A stretch of 42,894 bases of DNA from an uncultured Eubacteriales bacterium (GCA_948439445.1 CAOJND010000001.1:1-42894), one strand, 5' to 3'. Shown: positions 1 to 10,487, counted from the stretch's first letter. Notes: generated by a model from the sequence alone, not told the origin. Made by a program: numbers and translations.

Positions 1-3000
1 GGGAGATGGCCGCAAAGTCAGCGGACAGACCGCCATTGGCACGCAGGGTATCCAGATAGCTGCGGATGCGAGCAGTGCTGCTGGTCTGATAGTACTCCGG
101 CAGCTTCGCGCCAGTGTACTGGTTGGCGCCCAGAACCGCCATGGACTCGCCAGCAATTGTATTCACCGTATCGGTGTGATACAGCGGATAGTCCAGATCG
201 GTAAGAGCCTTCTCGCTGATGTCATCATACGCAGTAGCCATATCAAAGATAGGCGCCTGGTTGAAGTCGCCACGGAAGCCCATGAAGGGCAGGCCCACAT
301 TCTGTGCACCGTTGATGCCGGTCAGAGTCACAAAGCCTTCCACGAACATGCCGTTGGGATACTTGGCGTCGAAAGCGGCCATCGCTTCGGCGTCCAGGGT
401 TACGGAGACAGTGATCTTCACCGCAGTCTCAGAATCGACCACGATCCGAGCGGCCGTGGTGCCCTCAGTGTAGGAGTTGATGTTGTCGGAATCTCTTAGC
501 ATTACGCCACCGGCGGTGACGTTGGTCACCTTCATGGTGCCGGGCAGAGGATCGCCAGTGCAAGCGGCACCGCCAACCAAGATAACACGGTCATTGGAAG
601 TAGTAGTGGAATCGGTCTGCAGAACAGCCGCCACATCATAGATCACGGGGCTGGCGCCATAATTGGTCAGGTTAAAGGTAATGTCGAAGGTATCGCCCAC
701 CTTGTCGCCCAGGTTGACCTTCGCACGAGGCGCATTGCCAGTTGCGGCATCATACGCCACATCGTTGCTCAGTACAACGTAGCTGTTCATGGCGTTGGCC
801 ACGTTGATCATGCCGGCACCCTGACGGCGCGGGCTGAAATAGTGATTAGAGCTATCGATGTAAGGAATCGCAGTGCTGGCAGCCAACTGGTTCACCAGGC
901 AGTTGTACTCAATGGTGCCAGGCTCCACGCCGAACACATCCAGGTTGTCGTCTACGTACTGCTGGATCAGGATGAATGCGCCTTCTGCATTGGGGGAAGC
1001 CATGGAGGTGCCGCTCTTGGAAGACAGAGCCGTATCAGAAGAAGCGCCGGTGGAGTAGATGCTGCCGCCGGGGGCCATGATATCGGGCTTCATATCCAGG
1101 GATTCAGAAACACCCCAAGAGGTGAAGGAGGAAGGACCGCTGTCAGGATAATCCCGGTTAGAGGGAACCGCGGAAGAGGCAAAGGAAACAGACACAGTGG
1201 TGCCAGCCTTCAGTGCGTCTACCAGAGCGGTATAGCCAGCGGAACCCATGTAGCCAAAGGTGGGAAGTTCATCCACCAGATACCAGTAAGAAATGGCGCT
1301 GTTGCTGGTGGAGGTATTGCCAATGATGGCGCCAATGGCACCAGCCTCTGCCACATTCTCAATCTTCGTATAGTCGCTGGTAGAACCGCCGCGCATCATC
1401 ACAGCGATCTTGCCGGTCAGAGCGCCTTCCAGGGCGGTGGCGCCGGTGGCGGCCAAAATCTCATCCGCGCTACCATTGCCAACGGCAACCAGATCCGCAT
1501 TGGTGTAAGTACCGGGCAGAGCAACACCTACCATGGTAGTGTTGTTATCGGTCAAAGAGTACTCGGTTGCGGTGCCGTCAACCGTCACAGTAGCGACAGT
1601 TGTGTTGATCGCCTGAATGAAACCAGTGCCCTGGGCAGAGGCCACGGTCATGGGGCTATACAGATCGCCGGAGAAACCAACCTTGGAGCTGTTGGGCAGG
1701 ACGGTGGTGTAACCGTTGACCAGAGCGCCGGAATGGCTATCGCGGGCATCGTTGCCGGCGGAAACACAGACGGAGATGCCGGCAGCGGCGGCGCGGTTAT
1801 AAGCCTTCTGATAACCGGCCTGTGCGTAGGTATTCATGGTAGTGAAACCATTGGGAATGCCAAGGGACAGGTTGAAGGAGTTGACGCCCAGGGTAACGGC
1901 ATCGTCCAGCGCGGCAAAGACTGCCTCGTCACATTCCTGACCATTGGGATCGTCTTCACAGAAGACCTTGAAGAACATGATCTGCGCATCGTACGCGCCG
2001 CCCAAAATCTTATTCACTTCCGTGATCACATTGCCGGGGCCGGCGTTGCCAGCAGCAATACCAGCAACATGGGTGCCATGGGAGCTACTATCGCCGTCCC
2101 AAGCGTCCATATCGCCGCAGGAATAGTCCACAGCAAAGGGGACCTTATCCTTGTTCCGAGCGTCGGTGCCAAACACGCCCTTCAGGAACTGCGCCTGCAT
2201 TTCCTCACTAAAGCCGGTGGCATGCTCGTTGTCTTCCTCGGCCCAGCCGTGGAACCAGCAGCCCCAGTCGGACACGAACAGGTTCAAGCTGTCCTGGTTG
2301 GCAGTAACGGTATCCAGCAACCGCTTCTGGGTCATGTAGTTGCTCAGCTCGCCAGCCTCGCCGGCAGCCTTCACAGCGGGATCCATGTACTGGAACATGT
2401 CATGGGTATAACGCAGGCTGGAATCAAACACGCCAACAATCTTGCCAGCGCCGGTATAGCCAGCGTCCCATGCGGTCTGCAGGCCCATCTGATTGACGGA
2501 ACCAGTATCAGAATACAGGCTCTCAGCAGAGAAGGGAGCCATCTCCTCTTCTACAGTGTCAATAGCAGTGTAGGTCTGCGTCATGTACACATCTGCAACA
2601 CCAGCCAGGCTCTTAATGGTCTCGATGTCCTTATACTGCACCTTGGCGGCAAAGCCGTTGAGCAGGTTGGTGTAGTGATACTTAAAGGTCGCCTTGTTAT
2701 TGATGGCATTGATCTGCACCTGCAGGTCGTTCTGCACGTCAACCATGTCGGCACGGTAAGCAGCAACCGTTGCATCGGTGGAGTAACCAACGCTATTGCT
2801 GCGGAACAGGGAAGCAAACTCGTTTACATCCAGGGTGGTCTCGCCTTCCAGTTCCACGATTACCGTGACCCATTCGTTCGGAGCGGTCGTCTGAGCAGCA
2901 GCCTCAGAGACGGTCATTTCGTCCAGAATGTTCGCAGCTGCCTTCGTGGGATTGACAGCAGCCACTGCGGGCAGCAAGCCAACCATCATAGACAGGCTTA

Positions 3001-3040
3001 GCGAACAGGCCAGGAACTTCTTCAGCCAATTCTTCTTCAT
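1..3040 (-). CDS. Secreted S8 subtilisin-family serine protease (lactocepin PrtP/C5a peptidase-like); 3' end runs off the window
   Basis: Not in the ORF track; translated by hand. ATG at 3040 after an AAGGAG RBS; signal peptide MKKNWLKKFLACSLSLSMMVGLLPAVAA; I9-like propeptide (YTNLLNGFAAKV); catalytic motifs VGVFDSS (~2417-2437), SHGTHVAGIAAG (~2050-2086) and GTSMASP (~993-1012); PRRQGAGMINV. Confidence 0.9.
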   Translation of the reverse strand, partial: MKKNWLKKFLACSLSLSMMVGLLPAVAAVNPTKAAANILDEMTVSEAAAQTTAPNEWVTVIVELEGETTLDVNEFASLFRSNSVGYSTDATVAAYRADMVDVQNDLQVQINAINNKATFKYHYTNLLNGFAAKVQYKDIETIKSLAGVADVYMTQTYTAIDTVEEEMAPFSAESLYSDTGSVNQMGLQTAWDAGYTGAGKIVGVFDSSLRYTHDMFQYMDPAVKAAGEAGELSNYMTQKRLLDTVTANQDSLNLFVSDWGCWFHGWAEEDNEHATGFSEEMQAQFLKGVFGTDARNKDKVPFAVDYSCGDMDAWDGDSSSHGTHVAGIAAGNAGPGNVITEVNKILGGAYDAQIMFFKVFCEDDPNGQECDEAVFAALDDAVTLGVNSFNLSLGIPNGFTTMNTYAQAGYQKAYNRAAAAGISVCVSAGNDARDSHSGALVNGYTTVLPNSSKVGFSGDLYSPMTVASAQGTGFIQAINTTVATVTVDGTATEYSLTDNNTTMVGVALPGTYTNADLVAVGNGSADEILAATGATALEGALTGKIAVMMRGGSTSDYTKIENVAEAGAIGAIIGNTSTSNSAISYWYLVDELPTFGYMGSAGYTALVDALKAGTTVSVSFASSAVPSNRDYPDSGPSSFTSWGVSESLDMKPDIMAPGGSIYSTGASSDTALSSKSGTSMASPNAEGAFILIQQYVDDNLDVFGVEPGTIEYNCLVNQLAASTAIPYIDSSNHYFSPRRQGAGMINVANAMNSYVVLSNDVAYDAATGNAPRAKVNLGDKVGDTFDITFNLTNYGASPVIYDVAAVLQTDSTTTSNDRVILVGGAACTGDPLPGTMKVTNVTAGGVMLRDSDNINSYTEGTTAARIVVDSETAVKITVSVTLDAEAMAAFDAKYPNGMFVEGFVTLTGINGAQNVGLPFMGFRGDFNQAPIFDMATAYDDISEKALTDLDYPLYHTDTVNTIAGESMAVLGANQYTGAKLPEYYQTSSTARIRSYLDTLRANGGLSADFAAIS

Positions 3041-3260
3041 GTTTTTGATCTCCTTTTCATTTTTTTCAAAAAAGCTCTTTGGCTCTGCCTTCCTACCCTG
3101 ATGGAATGCAGTGCCTCTGAACTAATTTGCGGGGAAATCCGGCACCAAAACAGCCCGGGTGTCTGGGGCTTCCAGTGCCCTTTGCCTGCTCCTATGGGAT
3201 CGGCAAAGCCATATGATCCATCTTCAAACTGTCCACAGTCAATGGATATATGTATAATAC

Positions 3261-3289
3261 ATGATACTCTTTTTTCTTCCCACTGTCAA
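3261..3289 (-). promoter_or_regulatory. Sigma-A-type promoter of the S8 protease
   Basis: TTGACA-17 nt-TATCAT on the minus strand. Confidence 0.6.
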
Positions 3290-3612
3290 GTTTGCATGGA
3301 AGATTTCTCAAATTCTAGCAGTTTTATAAATTGTTAACTACATTTTTCAGTTTATCCTAGTAAATTTGTATAACTGTCATGAATCCCCCAAAGAGCATTT
3401 TTGAAAATTTATCCTTCCTTTCATAAATAATCCACGCATTCCTACCTTGCTTTCTGGAAAGATTAGAGATTTCTTACGCGAAACAGGAAGGTTTTTAGGG
3501 CTGCATGTCCTCTTCTTGCGCACACCGTCCACCTGAAAAAATCATAAACGCCAGCAGAGAATTGATCGGTAGAAAAAGCGTTCATGCTTATATTACCTGT
3601 CAACAGTTTACC

Positions 3613-3641
3613 TTGATGTTACGCGCTTTGTATGTTATACT
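3613..3641 (+). promoter_or_regulatory. Sigma-A-type promoter of the YitT gene
   Basis: TTGATG-17 nt-TATACT with an extended -10 TG. Confidence 0.5.
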
Positions 3642-3700
3642 CTGCCTATATGTATTCCTATTAAAATAGGTTCACCATTTGGAAATTGGAGGTATACAGA

Positions 3701-4612
3701 ATGAAGGCAATTCGCAGATGTTGGACAAATTGCGTTTCTTATTTTAGAAACTTTTCAGCACTGAATTTCGCTTTTCTGCTTCTTGCGGGTATTGTTAACG
3801 CGATTGGCGTCACAATCTTTATTGCACCGGTTCAGCTGTATGACAGCGGCATATCAGGAACCTCTATCCTGCTTTCTCAGATCACGCCGGAATATCTTTC
3901 ATTGTCGTTCTTCTTGCTGATTTTGAATATCCCTCTGCTAATGTACGGTATGAAAAAGCAAGGCGTGGTCTTTACCGTTTACGCAATCTTTGCCGTTTCT
4001 ACATATGCTGTCACAGCATGGCTGATCACCGATGTGCTGCCGGTTGATGTAAGTATCGCCTCGCCTTTAGCAGGAACAGATTTATTTTTGTGCGCAATTT
4101 TCGGCGGAATCATCTCCGGAATTGGAAGTGGCATAGCCATCCGATATGGAGGCGCGATGGATGGAATTGAGGTAATCGCCGTTATTTTTGCAAAAAGAAT
4201 CGGTATGTCCGTAGGCGTTTTCGTCATGATTTTCAATGTTATGCTTTATATTATCTGCGGAGTTGTTTTGGGAAGTTGGATTCTTCCACTCTATTCCATC
4301 GTCACTTATGCGGCGGCTTCCAAAACCGTCGATTTTGTGGTAGATGGATTAGATCTTGCAAAATCTGCGATGATTGTCACCACAAAACCAGATGAAATTG
4401 GCAAGGCTATTTCCAATGAGTTCAAAATTGGATTGACCGTGATTCCCGCAACAGGTTTCTATTCCGGTGAGCAAAAAACGGTCCTATATGCCGTGGTCAA
4501 TCAATTTCAAATTACAAGATTGAAAAAAATGATTCAGTCCATCGACAAAGACGCCTATGTAACCATTGCGTTGGTTTCGGATTTGATTCATGGCAGCAAG
4601 GATCGGACATAG
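3701..4612 (+). CDS. YitT family membrane protein (C-terminal DUF2179)
   Basis: GGAGG RBS before ATG 3701; multi-TM with SGISG and GGAMDGIEVIA motifs; C-terminal TGFYSGEQK...IDKDAYV. Confidence 0.88.
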   Translation: MKAIRRCWTNCVSYFRNFSALNFAFLLLAGIVNAIGVTIFIAPVQLYDSGISGTSILLSQITPEYLSLSFFLLILNIPLLMYGMKKQGVVFTVYAIFAVSTYAVTAWLITDVLPVDVSIASPLAGTDLFLCAIFGGIISGIGSGIAIRYGGAMDGIEVIAVIFAKRIGMSVGVFVMIFNVMLYIICGVVLGSWILPLYSIVTYAAASKTVDFVVDGLDLAKSAMIVTTKPDEIGKAISNEFKIGLTVIPATGFYSGEQKTVLYAVVNQFQITRLKKMIQSIDKDAYVTIALVSDLIHGSKDRT

Positions 4613-4673
4613 CGTTTCTTACAAATGCAGGCAATCCGTTTAACTGGCACAATACAATTTCATATCATAGCGT

Positions 4674-4721
4674 AAAGCGGCGTACCTGCCCCACACTGGG
4701 AGAGCAGAAACGCCGCTTTTA
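4674..4721. terminator. Bidirectional terminator-like hairpin between convergent genes
   Basis: AAAGCGGCGT...ACGCCGCTTTT inverted repeat. Confidence 0.65.
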
Positions 4722-4815
4722 TGTCCCTTTTGTTTTACAGCAATGACAGATCGTGCATAGACTGAAAAAGCGTCTGGGTGCGATTTTTGTAGGACATGCA
4801 AAGACAGCGATTTCA

Positions 4816-5718
4816 TTATCGTCCATGCATGCGCCGTCTATATTCACTGGGGGTACTGCCTTTCAACGCCCGGAATATCTTGGAAAAGTAACTCATCTCT
4901 TGAAATCCACATGCCGCCCCAATGTCCGAAATCTTTTGATCGGTAGACGCCAGCAGCTCTGCCGCCTTCTGGATGCGAATTTGCTTGACGTACTGGATCG
5001 GCGTACTGCCAATCATACTCCGAAAGCACCGTAGGCACTCATTTTCACTGAGGTTGACGCTCTGCGCGATTTTGGCAAGCGTCAATTCCTCATCATAGTG
5101 CTCCTGAATATACTGGAGCATGCTCTTGATCCGATCCCCATCTCTCAGCGTTTTCTCTGAGGGCCTTTTTTCTGCCACAGGGCGGTTCTTTGTCAGAAGG
5201 AAAATAAACTTGGAAAGCTCCTCTCGCATTTCAAATTCAAATCCCTCTGCTTCCGATACACAGGCCTGCCAAGCCTTCCAAAGCGCCTCGGAGGCGGCCT
5301 GTTCCCATGGCTCTGTGTTGGAAAAGTGGATACAGGTATGGCACGGATCGCTAAGTAATGGCTCCAGGTATTTTTGCCAGAGGATGCTGTCCACACTGCC
5401 GCCCACTAGACGGGGATGAAACACCACAATACGCAGACCACAGGTCTCTTCTCCCTCGCGCCAGATCCCGTGCACGGCACCAGCATTGATAAAAACGCCG
5501 TCCCCTCGCTCTGCCAGATAGACCTGGCCATTTACAGCTACACGGGCAATCCCAGATTCTACAACCAGAATCTCCAGTTCATCGTGCCAGTGCCATTCCA
5601 CTGCCCCCTCGGTAATATTGTCATAATAACAGGCCACGGGAAATAGCGGTGTGCCATGTTGGACCAATTCACGCCCCTGCTGGTCGGTGGCAATTGGCAT
5701 ACACATGCTCAAAGCCAT
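4816..5718 (-). CDS. AraC family transcriptional regulator
   Basis: N-terminal cupin (WHWHDELE); C-terminal double HTH (CGFQEMSYFSKIFR...TPSEYR). Confidence 0.93.
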   Translation of the reverse strand: MALSMCMPIATDQQGRELVQHGTPLFPVACYYDNITEGAVEWHWHDELEILVVESGIARVAVNGQVYLAERGDGVFINAGAVHGIWREGEETCGLRIVVFHPRLVGGSVDSILWQKYLEPLLSDPCHTCIHFSNTEPWEQAASEALWKAWQACVSEAEGFEFEMREELSKFIFLLTKNRPVAEKRPSEKTLRDGDRIKSMLQYIQEHYDEELTLAKIAQSVNLSENECLRCFRSMIGSTPIQYVKQIRIQKAAELLASTDQKISDIGAACGFQEMSYFSKIFRALKGSTPSEYRRRMHGR

Positions 5719-5825
5719 CCCATTTCACCTCCTGGTGATTTTATCATATAAACTTGTGGATTTTATTCTAACATTTCCACTCATTATGTGATATTATCAT
5801 ATCAGAGTTCAGGAGGGAATGCAAG

Positions 5826-7001
5826 ATGGTTCATCTTCTTTTGTCCGTAATTTATTTGTCATTTATCAGCCTTGGCCTGCCGGATTCTCTTTTAGGCGCG
5901 GCATGGCCTTCCATGTATCAAAGTCTTGGCGTGCCCATATCTTATTCTGGCGTAATTTTCTTCCTTATCTCAGCAGGGACCGTCGTTTCCAGCCTGCAAA
6001 GCGACCGGCTTACCCGGAGGTTGGGGGCCGGAAAGCTGACAGCCATCAGCGTTGGCATGACCGCAGCAGCGCTTCTTGGGTTTTCTTTCAGTCGCTCTTT
6101 TTGGATGCTGTGCCTTTGGGCAATCCCCTATGGCCTGGGCGCGGGAAGTGTGGATGCAGCATTAAACAACTATGTGGCAATTCACTTCACCAGCCGCCAC
6201 ATGAGTTGGCTACACTGCATGTGGGGATTGGGCGCTTCCCTGGGACCGTATATCATGGGCGCTACCTTGGTCTGGGGCGCAGGGTGGCCGATGGGCTACC
6301 GGGTGATTGGTGCAATGCAGTTGGCGCTAACGATCGTGATCGTTGTAAGCCTCCCCCTCTGGAAAACCAAATCGGGTGCCAGTAGCAGGAAAGCCACCTG
6401 CCAAAAAGCGCTGACCTTGCGGCAAACGGTAGGACTGCCCGGTGTGAAAGCGGTCATGGCAGCTTTCTTCTGCTACTGCGCTTTAGAGCAAACAGCAAGT
6501 CTATGGGCCAGCAGTTATTTGGTGCTACAAAAAGGCATTCCTGCACAGACCGCAGCCAGTTTTGCCAGTCTGTTTTTCATCGGGATGATGGTTGGGCGGG
6601 CGTTATGCGGCTTTTTGACCATCAAGTTAAAGGATGCGCAGATGGTCCGGCTGGGACAGGGAATTCTCGCAGTTGGAATTGCCGCTCTCCTACTGCCACT
6701 GGGAAAACATGGTGCCCTCGTTGGGCTAATCCTAATCGGCCTCGGCTGCGCCCCCATCTACCCCAGCATAATCCATGCCACGCCGGACTATTTTGGTGCG
6801 GATCAATCCCAGGCGGTCATCGGCGTGCAAATGGCAAGCGCCTATATAGGAAACTGCTTGATGCCGCCCCTATTTGGGCTAATTGCCACCCACATTGGTA
6901 TCTCGATGTTTCCCCTTTATTTGCTGGTACTTTGGGCTTTTATGATATTCATGCATGAATTGCTGCTGAAAAGCAGCGGGAAAGGAGTTTCATATGTTTA
7001 A
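5826..7001 (+). CDS. MFS transporter (FucP-like, substrate unknown)
   Basis: About 12 hydrophobic segments; FISLGLPDSLLGAAWP, GAGSVDAALN; divergent from AraC. Confidence 0.88.
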   Translation: MVHLLLSVIYLSFISLGLPDSLLGAAWPSMYQSLGVPISYSGVIFFLISAGTVVSSLQSDRLTRRLGAGKLTAISVGMTAAALLGFSFSRSFWMLCLWAIPYGLGAGSVDAALNNYVAIHFTSRHMSWLHCMWGLGASLGPYIMGATLVWGAGWPMGYRVIGAMQLALTIVIVVSLPLWKTKSGASSRKATCQKALTLRQTVGLPGVKAVMAAFFCYCALEQTASLWASSYLVLQKGIPAQTAASFASLFFIGMMVGRALCGFLTIKLKDAQMVRLGQGILAVGIAALLLPLGKHGALVGLILIGLGCAPIYPSIIHATPDYFGADQSQAVIGVQMASAYIGNCLMPPLFGLIATHIGISMFPLYLLVLWAFMIFMHELLLKSSGKGVSYV

Positions 7002-7233
7002 AATTTTGACGATGCCTAACACAGAGAAGTTCTTATCCCTTGTTAAACAAAGCTGTGGCGATGTGCTGCTACACCTACCAGATGGAACCCAGTGTAGCTT
7101 AAAGCGGGATCATACCGCCAGACAGATGTTCCGGACCATGCAGCCCGGACGGGATGGTATTTCCATCAGCTTTTCCAACCCTGGCGATACCCCCACTTTC
7201 CTGCGGTATTTGATGGAGGCAGTCCTGCGCTAG
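6994..7233 (+). CDS. Small hypothetical protein (79 aa)
   Basis: AAGGAG RBS; start overlaps the end of the MFS gene, suggesting translational coupling. Confidence 0.65.
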   Translation: MFKILTMPNTEKFLSLVKQSCGDVLLHLPDGTQCSLKRDHTARQMFRTMQPGRDGISISFSNPGDTPTFLRYLMEAVLR

Positions 7234-7384
7234 ATTTGCAAACGCGTAGAAAATTGCGCAACATGTTCATCCCGGATTAAAGCTGTGCGTAGGTGATGCA
7301 GACAATAGACAGCAAGCCCCCTTATGTTCGGATAATAACCTTACATAAGGGGGTGTTATTCTGCGCAAATGGAATTTTATTCGC

Positions 7385-7690
7385 CGGCATGCGGTTACAC
7401 CTTCAATCATACCGGTCACGACCTGATTGAGCTGGGGGGCATTTTTATAGATCGCCAAAGCCCGCTCAATGGTCAGCTCCGGGTCAATGGTTTCCTCAAT
7501 GCGTTCCCCCGCCAACCAGAGTTTGAAAGGCTCTGCTTTCGGTGATAGGATGGACTGAATCATGCGCAGAAGCTGCCGGGTATCTGCCACATCAGTTTTA
7601 TATCGCATACCATCCGACGAGAGCATTTTCAGTTATACGATTTTTTCGTGCAACTGCTCCGTACCCTCTGCCTTTAACTTTCGTTTCAAA
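7385..7690 (-). pseudogene. Remnant of a BRO-N/antirepressor-like gene
   Basis: Reads LKRKLKAEGTEQLHEKIV*LKMLSSDGMRYKTDVADTRQLLRMIQSILSPKAEPFKLWL; in-frame TAA at 7633-7635, no N-terminus, apparent internal deletion. Confidence 0.7.
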
Positions 7691-7746
7691 TTGCTCCAAT
7701 AGCGGCAGGGATTTTCGCTGTCCGCCAGCACCGCCACCACATCTTA

Positions 7747-8577
7747 TCAGGATTTCCCAGCGTGTTCCCTCAGCTCTGCCAAGAGCTCCAGCGCTGTACG
7801 GTTCCAAACCGGATGCCGTACATAGGGAGCAATCTGACACAGCGGTTCCAGCACAAATTCCCGTTTTTGCATCTCAATATGAGGAATATGTAATTGCTCA
7901 TCGTCCAGAATCAAATCGTCATACAGCAGAATATCTAAATCCAGGGTCCGAGGACCCCAGCGAATCATCCGTTCTCGATTCGCCGCCTGCTCAATTTCAT
8001 TCAAGCGGGAAAGCAATTCGTGGGGTGTCAACAAGGTTCTGATTTTCATTGCGCCATTCAGGAACTTGTCCTGTTCCACCATACCATACGGCTCTGTCAC
8101 CAGAAAGTCCGAAACCGCTTCTACCCGGCAGCCCCGCGTATGCCGTAGATTCTCCACGCCCATTTCCAGGTATCCTTGCTTGTCCCCCATATTGGACCCC
8201 AACGCAATATAGGCCGTATGCCACCCCCGCTCAATCTCCACGGCGACCGTTTTCAAATGCAGTCCAACCGGCGCCCAGGGCTTTTGCACTTGCAGGCGCA
8301 CCCGCTCTAATCGCTCCGTCTGTAAGAGCAGCTCTTCTGCCAGACGTTCTGCCACCGTTTCCAGCAGATGGTAGGTATGTTCCTCCAGAAATCGTTTGAT
8401 GAAATGACTGATCTCTCCGTAATGGATGGATTTCGTTAAATCATCTGTCTTTCCGGCCTCTCTGGTAGCGGTATACAGCGTAGCCGAAATGACAAATTTC
8501 TGTCCCAATACATTTTCCTCCGGAAATACGCCGTGTTTTGCAAAGACTTCCAGATTTTTAATCTGTATTTGATCCAT
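7747..8577 (-). CDS. folK: Bifunctional dihydroneopterin aldolase / HPPK (FolB-FolK fusion)
   Basis: FolB part HGVFPEE..LGQKF, LLETVAE, KPWAP; FolK part AYIALGSNMGD, RWGPRTLDLDILLY, PH..MQKREFVL. Confidence 0.95.
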   Translation of the reverse strand: MDQIQIKNLEVFAKHGVFPEENVLGQKFVISATLYTATREAGKTDDLTKSIHYGEISHFIKRFLEEHTYHLLETVAERLAEELLLQTERLERVRLQVQKPWAPVGLHLKTVAVEIERGWHTAYIALGSNMGDKQGYLEMGVENLRHTRGCRVEAVSDFLVTEPYGMVEQDKFLNGAMKIRTLLTPHELLSRLNEIEQAANRERMIRWGPRTLDLDILLYDDLILDDEQLHIPHIEMQKREFVLEPLCQIAPYVRHPVWNRTALELLAELREHAGKS

Positions 8578-8590
8578 AGCACCCAACCTC

Positions 8591-9412
8591 TTATTTTTTC
8601 TCTGTTCCGGCGGACAGGATCGCCTCTGCCATCTGAATGGCCCGCCGGTTGGCCTTAACGTTATGGACACGCACAAATGCGTATCCCTTCATAACCGCCA
8701 TTACCGTCGTAACAAGTGTCCCCTCTTCCCTCTGGTCCGCCGGAAGATCAAGCGCCAATCCAATCACGGATTTCCTGGAAGTTCCCAAAAGAAGGGGGTA
8801 GTTCAGTCGCTGAAATCTCTCCATAAAATGAATCGTCTCCAGATTCATTTCGTAGGTCTTTCCAAATCCGATTCCGGGGTCCAAAATAATTTTGTCGTCA
8901 GCAATTCCAGCCGCTTTCGCTAATTCCACACACTCTGCCGTCTCGCGCAGCATATCCTCATAAAAATCCGTGTACTCCGCTTTTGCCTTGTTGTGCATCA
9001 GACAGCAGGCCGTCTGTGTGCGGGCAATCAAGTCCGCCATCCCGGCGTCATACTTCAATCCCCAGATGTCGTTGACCAGATCTGCGCCGGCCTGTATGGC
9101 CGCCTGCGCAACCTTGGCCTTATATGTATCTATGGATACAGGAAGTCCCGTCTCCCTTTTGACCAGCTCGACAACCGGCGCAATCCGTTCAATTTCTTCC
9201 TGCTCTGAAATTTGCTGGTGGCCTGGCCTGGTAGACTCTCCACCGATATCCAGAATGTCCGCTCCATCCTTTGCCATCTCCAGCGCGTGAGCCAACGCGG
9301 TATCTTTTGTATTCCATTTGCCGCCGTCTGAAAAAGAATCTGGCGTCACGTTCAGAATTCCCATAATGTAGGTATGGCGCGTTGTATCAAATTCCCGGTT
9401 CCCAATTTTCAT
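8591..9412 (-). CDS. folP: Dihydropteroate synthase
   Basis: MGILNVTPDSFSDGG, DIGGESTRPG, DPGIGFGK, SRKS, VRVHNV. Confidence 0.97.
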   Translation of the reverse strand: MKIGNREFDTTRHTYIMGILNVTPDSFSDGGKWNTKDTALAHALEMAKDGADILDIGGESTRPGHQQISEQEEIERIAPVVELVKRETGLPVSIDTYKAKVAQAAIQAGADLVNDIWGLKYDAGMADLIARTQTACCLMHNKAKAEYTDFYEDMLRETAECVELAKAAGIADDKIILDPGIGFGKTYEMNLETIHFMERFQRLNYPLLLGTSRKSVIGLALDLPADQREEGTLVTTVMAVMKGYAFVRVHNVKANRRAIQMAEAILSAGTEKK

Positions 9413-9438
9413 ATTGTCTCCTTTTTTGGACCTGTGCC

Positions 9439-9930
9439 TTAATAGGTAATTTCCAGATTCTTCTTTTCTTCCGGCCAATCACATTGGTCTTGCACCGGAC
9501 AGGTAAAACAATTTCTAGACAGTTTATCCGCCCAGTAAAACAACGCAGGCAGGGTATTTTTTTCGGCATCTGCCGGTTTTGTCCGATGGCAGAGGATCAG
9601 CCGCAGGATATCGGACCGCTCCTGCCGGTCAAAACCGCAGTCTATGAGAATTCCTTCCGCAATCTCAGCGCCTGCCTGCTCGTGCGGGATTTTCCGCTGG
9701 TATTGCAGGTGGCGGCCAATGTCGTGCAAAAGCCCTGCCGCATAAACTTGTTCCTGGTTGACCTGCAACCCCTGCTCTGCCGCTAATAGACAGGTCACAC
9801 GCGCTACATCCAAAAAATGCTCCGGCGTATGCCGGCAAAATTTCCGGCACGCCTCACAGCGGCGGATTTCTGCCAGACAGGCTTGATAATCTGGATGTCT
9901 CCAGATTCGATTGATCCGTTCCCTTCTCAC
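9439..9930 (-). CDS. HD-domain phosphohydrolase in the folate operon
   Basis: GTG start overlaps the folE stop (GTGA); H...LLHDIGR...H...ADKLSR; C-terminal CxxCxxxxxC. Confidence 0.85.
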   Translation of the reverse strand: MRRERINRIWRHPDYQACLAEIRRCEACRKFCRHTPEHFLDVARVTCLLAAEQGLQVNQEQVYAAGLLHDIGRHLQYQRKIPHEQAGAEIAEGILIDCGFDRQERSDILRLILCHRTKPADAEKNTLPALFYWADKLSRNCFTCPVQDQCDWPEEKKNLEITY

Positions 9931-10487
9931 AGCTGTGTTACCATAACCAGGAAGCGGTCCTGCAAGTCCTTCTGTTCCTGAAATATACCCAGCGTTGTCA
10001 GCGTCACGGTCTTGCTCCCCGGCTTTTTGATTCCGCGCATTGTCATACACGTATGCTCCGCTTCCAGCATAACGATCACACCCTTCGGTTTCAGGGTTTC
10101 CGCCACCGCATGTGCAATCTGCGACGTCATTTTTTCCTGAATCTGGGGCCTTCTGGCAAATACATCCACCGTTCTGGCAAGCTTGCTCAAACCTGCGACA
10201 CGGCCATTCGGTACATAGCCGATATGCGCCTTTCCATAAAACGGCAGTAGATGATGCTCACAGGTGGAGTAAAAGGTGATGTCCTTTTCAATCACCATGT
10301 CGTCATTGGCAACCGTAAACTGTTTCTGTAAATGCTTCGCCGGATCTTCATAGAGCCCCCCGTAAATCTCCGCGCACATGCGGGCAATCCGATCCGGTGT
10401 CTCCAAAAGGCCCTCTCTTGTGATATCCTCGCCAATGCCTTCCAACATCAGTTTTACACCGGCTTTTATCTTGTCGTAGTCCATCAT
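9927..10487 (-). CDS. folE: GTP cyclohydrolase I
   Basis: [37 protein letters not shown]. The start could be TTG 10493. Confidence 0.97.
   Translation of the reverse strand: MMDYDKIKAGVKLMLEGIGEDITREGLLETPDRIARMCAEIYGGLYEDPAKHLQKQFTVANDDMVIEKDITFYSTCEHHLLPFYGKAHIGYVPNGRVAGLSKLARTVDVFARRPQIQEKMTSQIAHAVAETLKPKGVIVMLEAEHTCMTMRGIKKPGSKTVTLTTLGIFQEQKDLQDRFLVMVTQL

Noticed and set aside
842-3001. 719-aa plus-strand ORF
   Set aside because: Antisense shadow of the S8 protease caused by codon bias; it has no motifs or RBS.
3101-3240. c-di-GMP or c-di-AMP riboswitch (GGCAAA motif)
   Set aside because: The remaining consensus features are missing; reported only as an unassigned structured leader.
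7267-7626. 119-aa ORF as an intact gene
   Set aside because: Fragment of a decayed BRO-N gene with an upstream in-frame stop and an unrelated tail.
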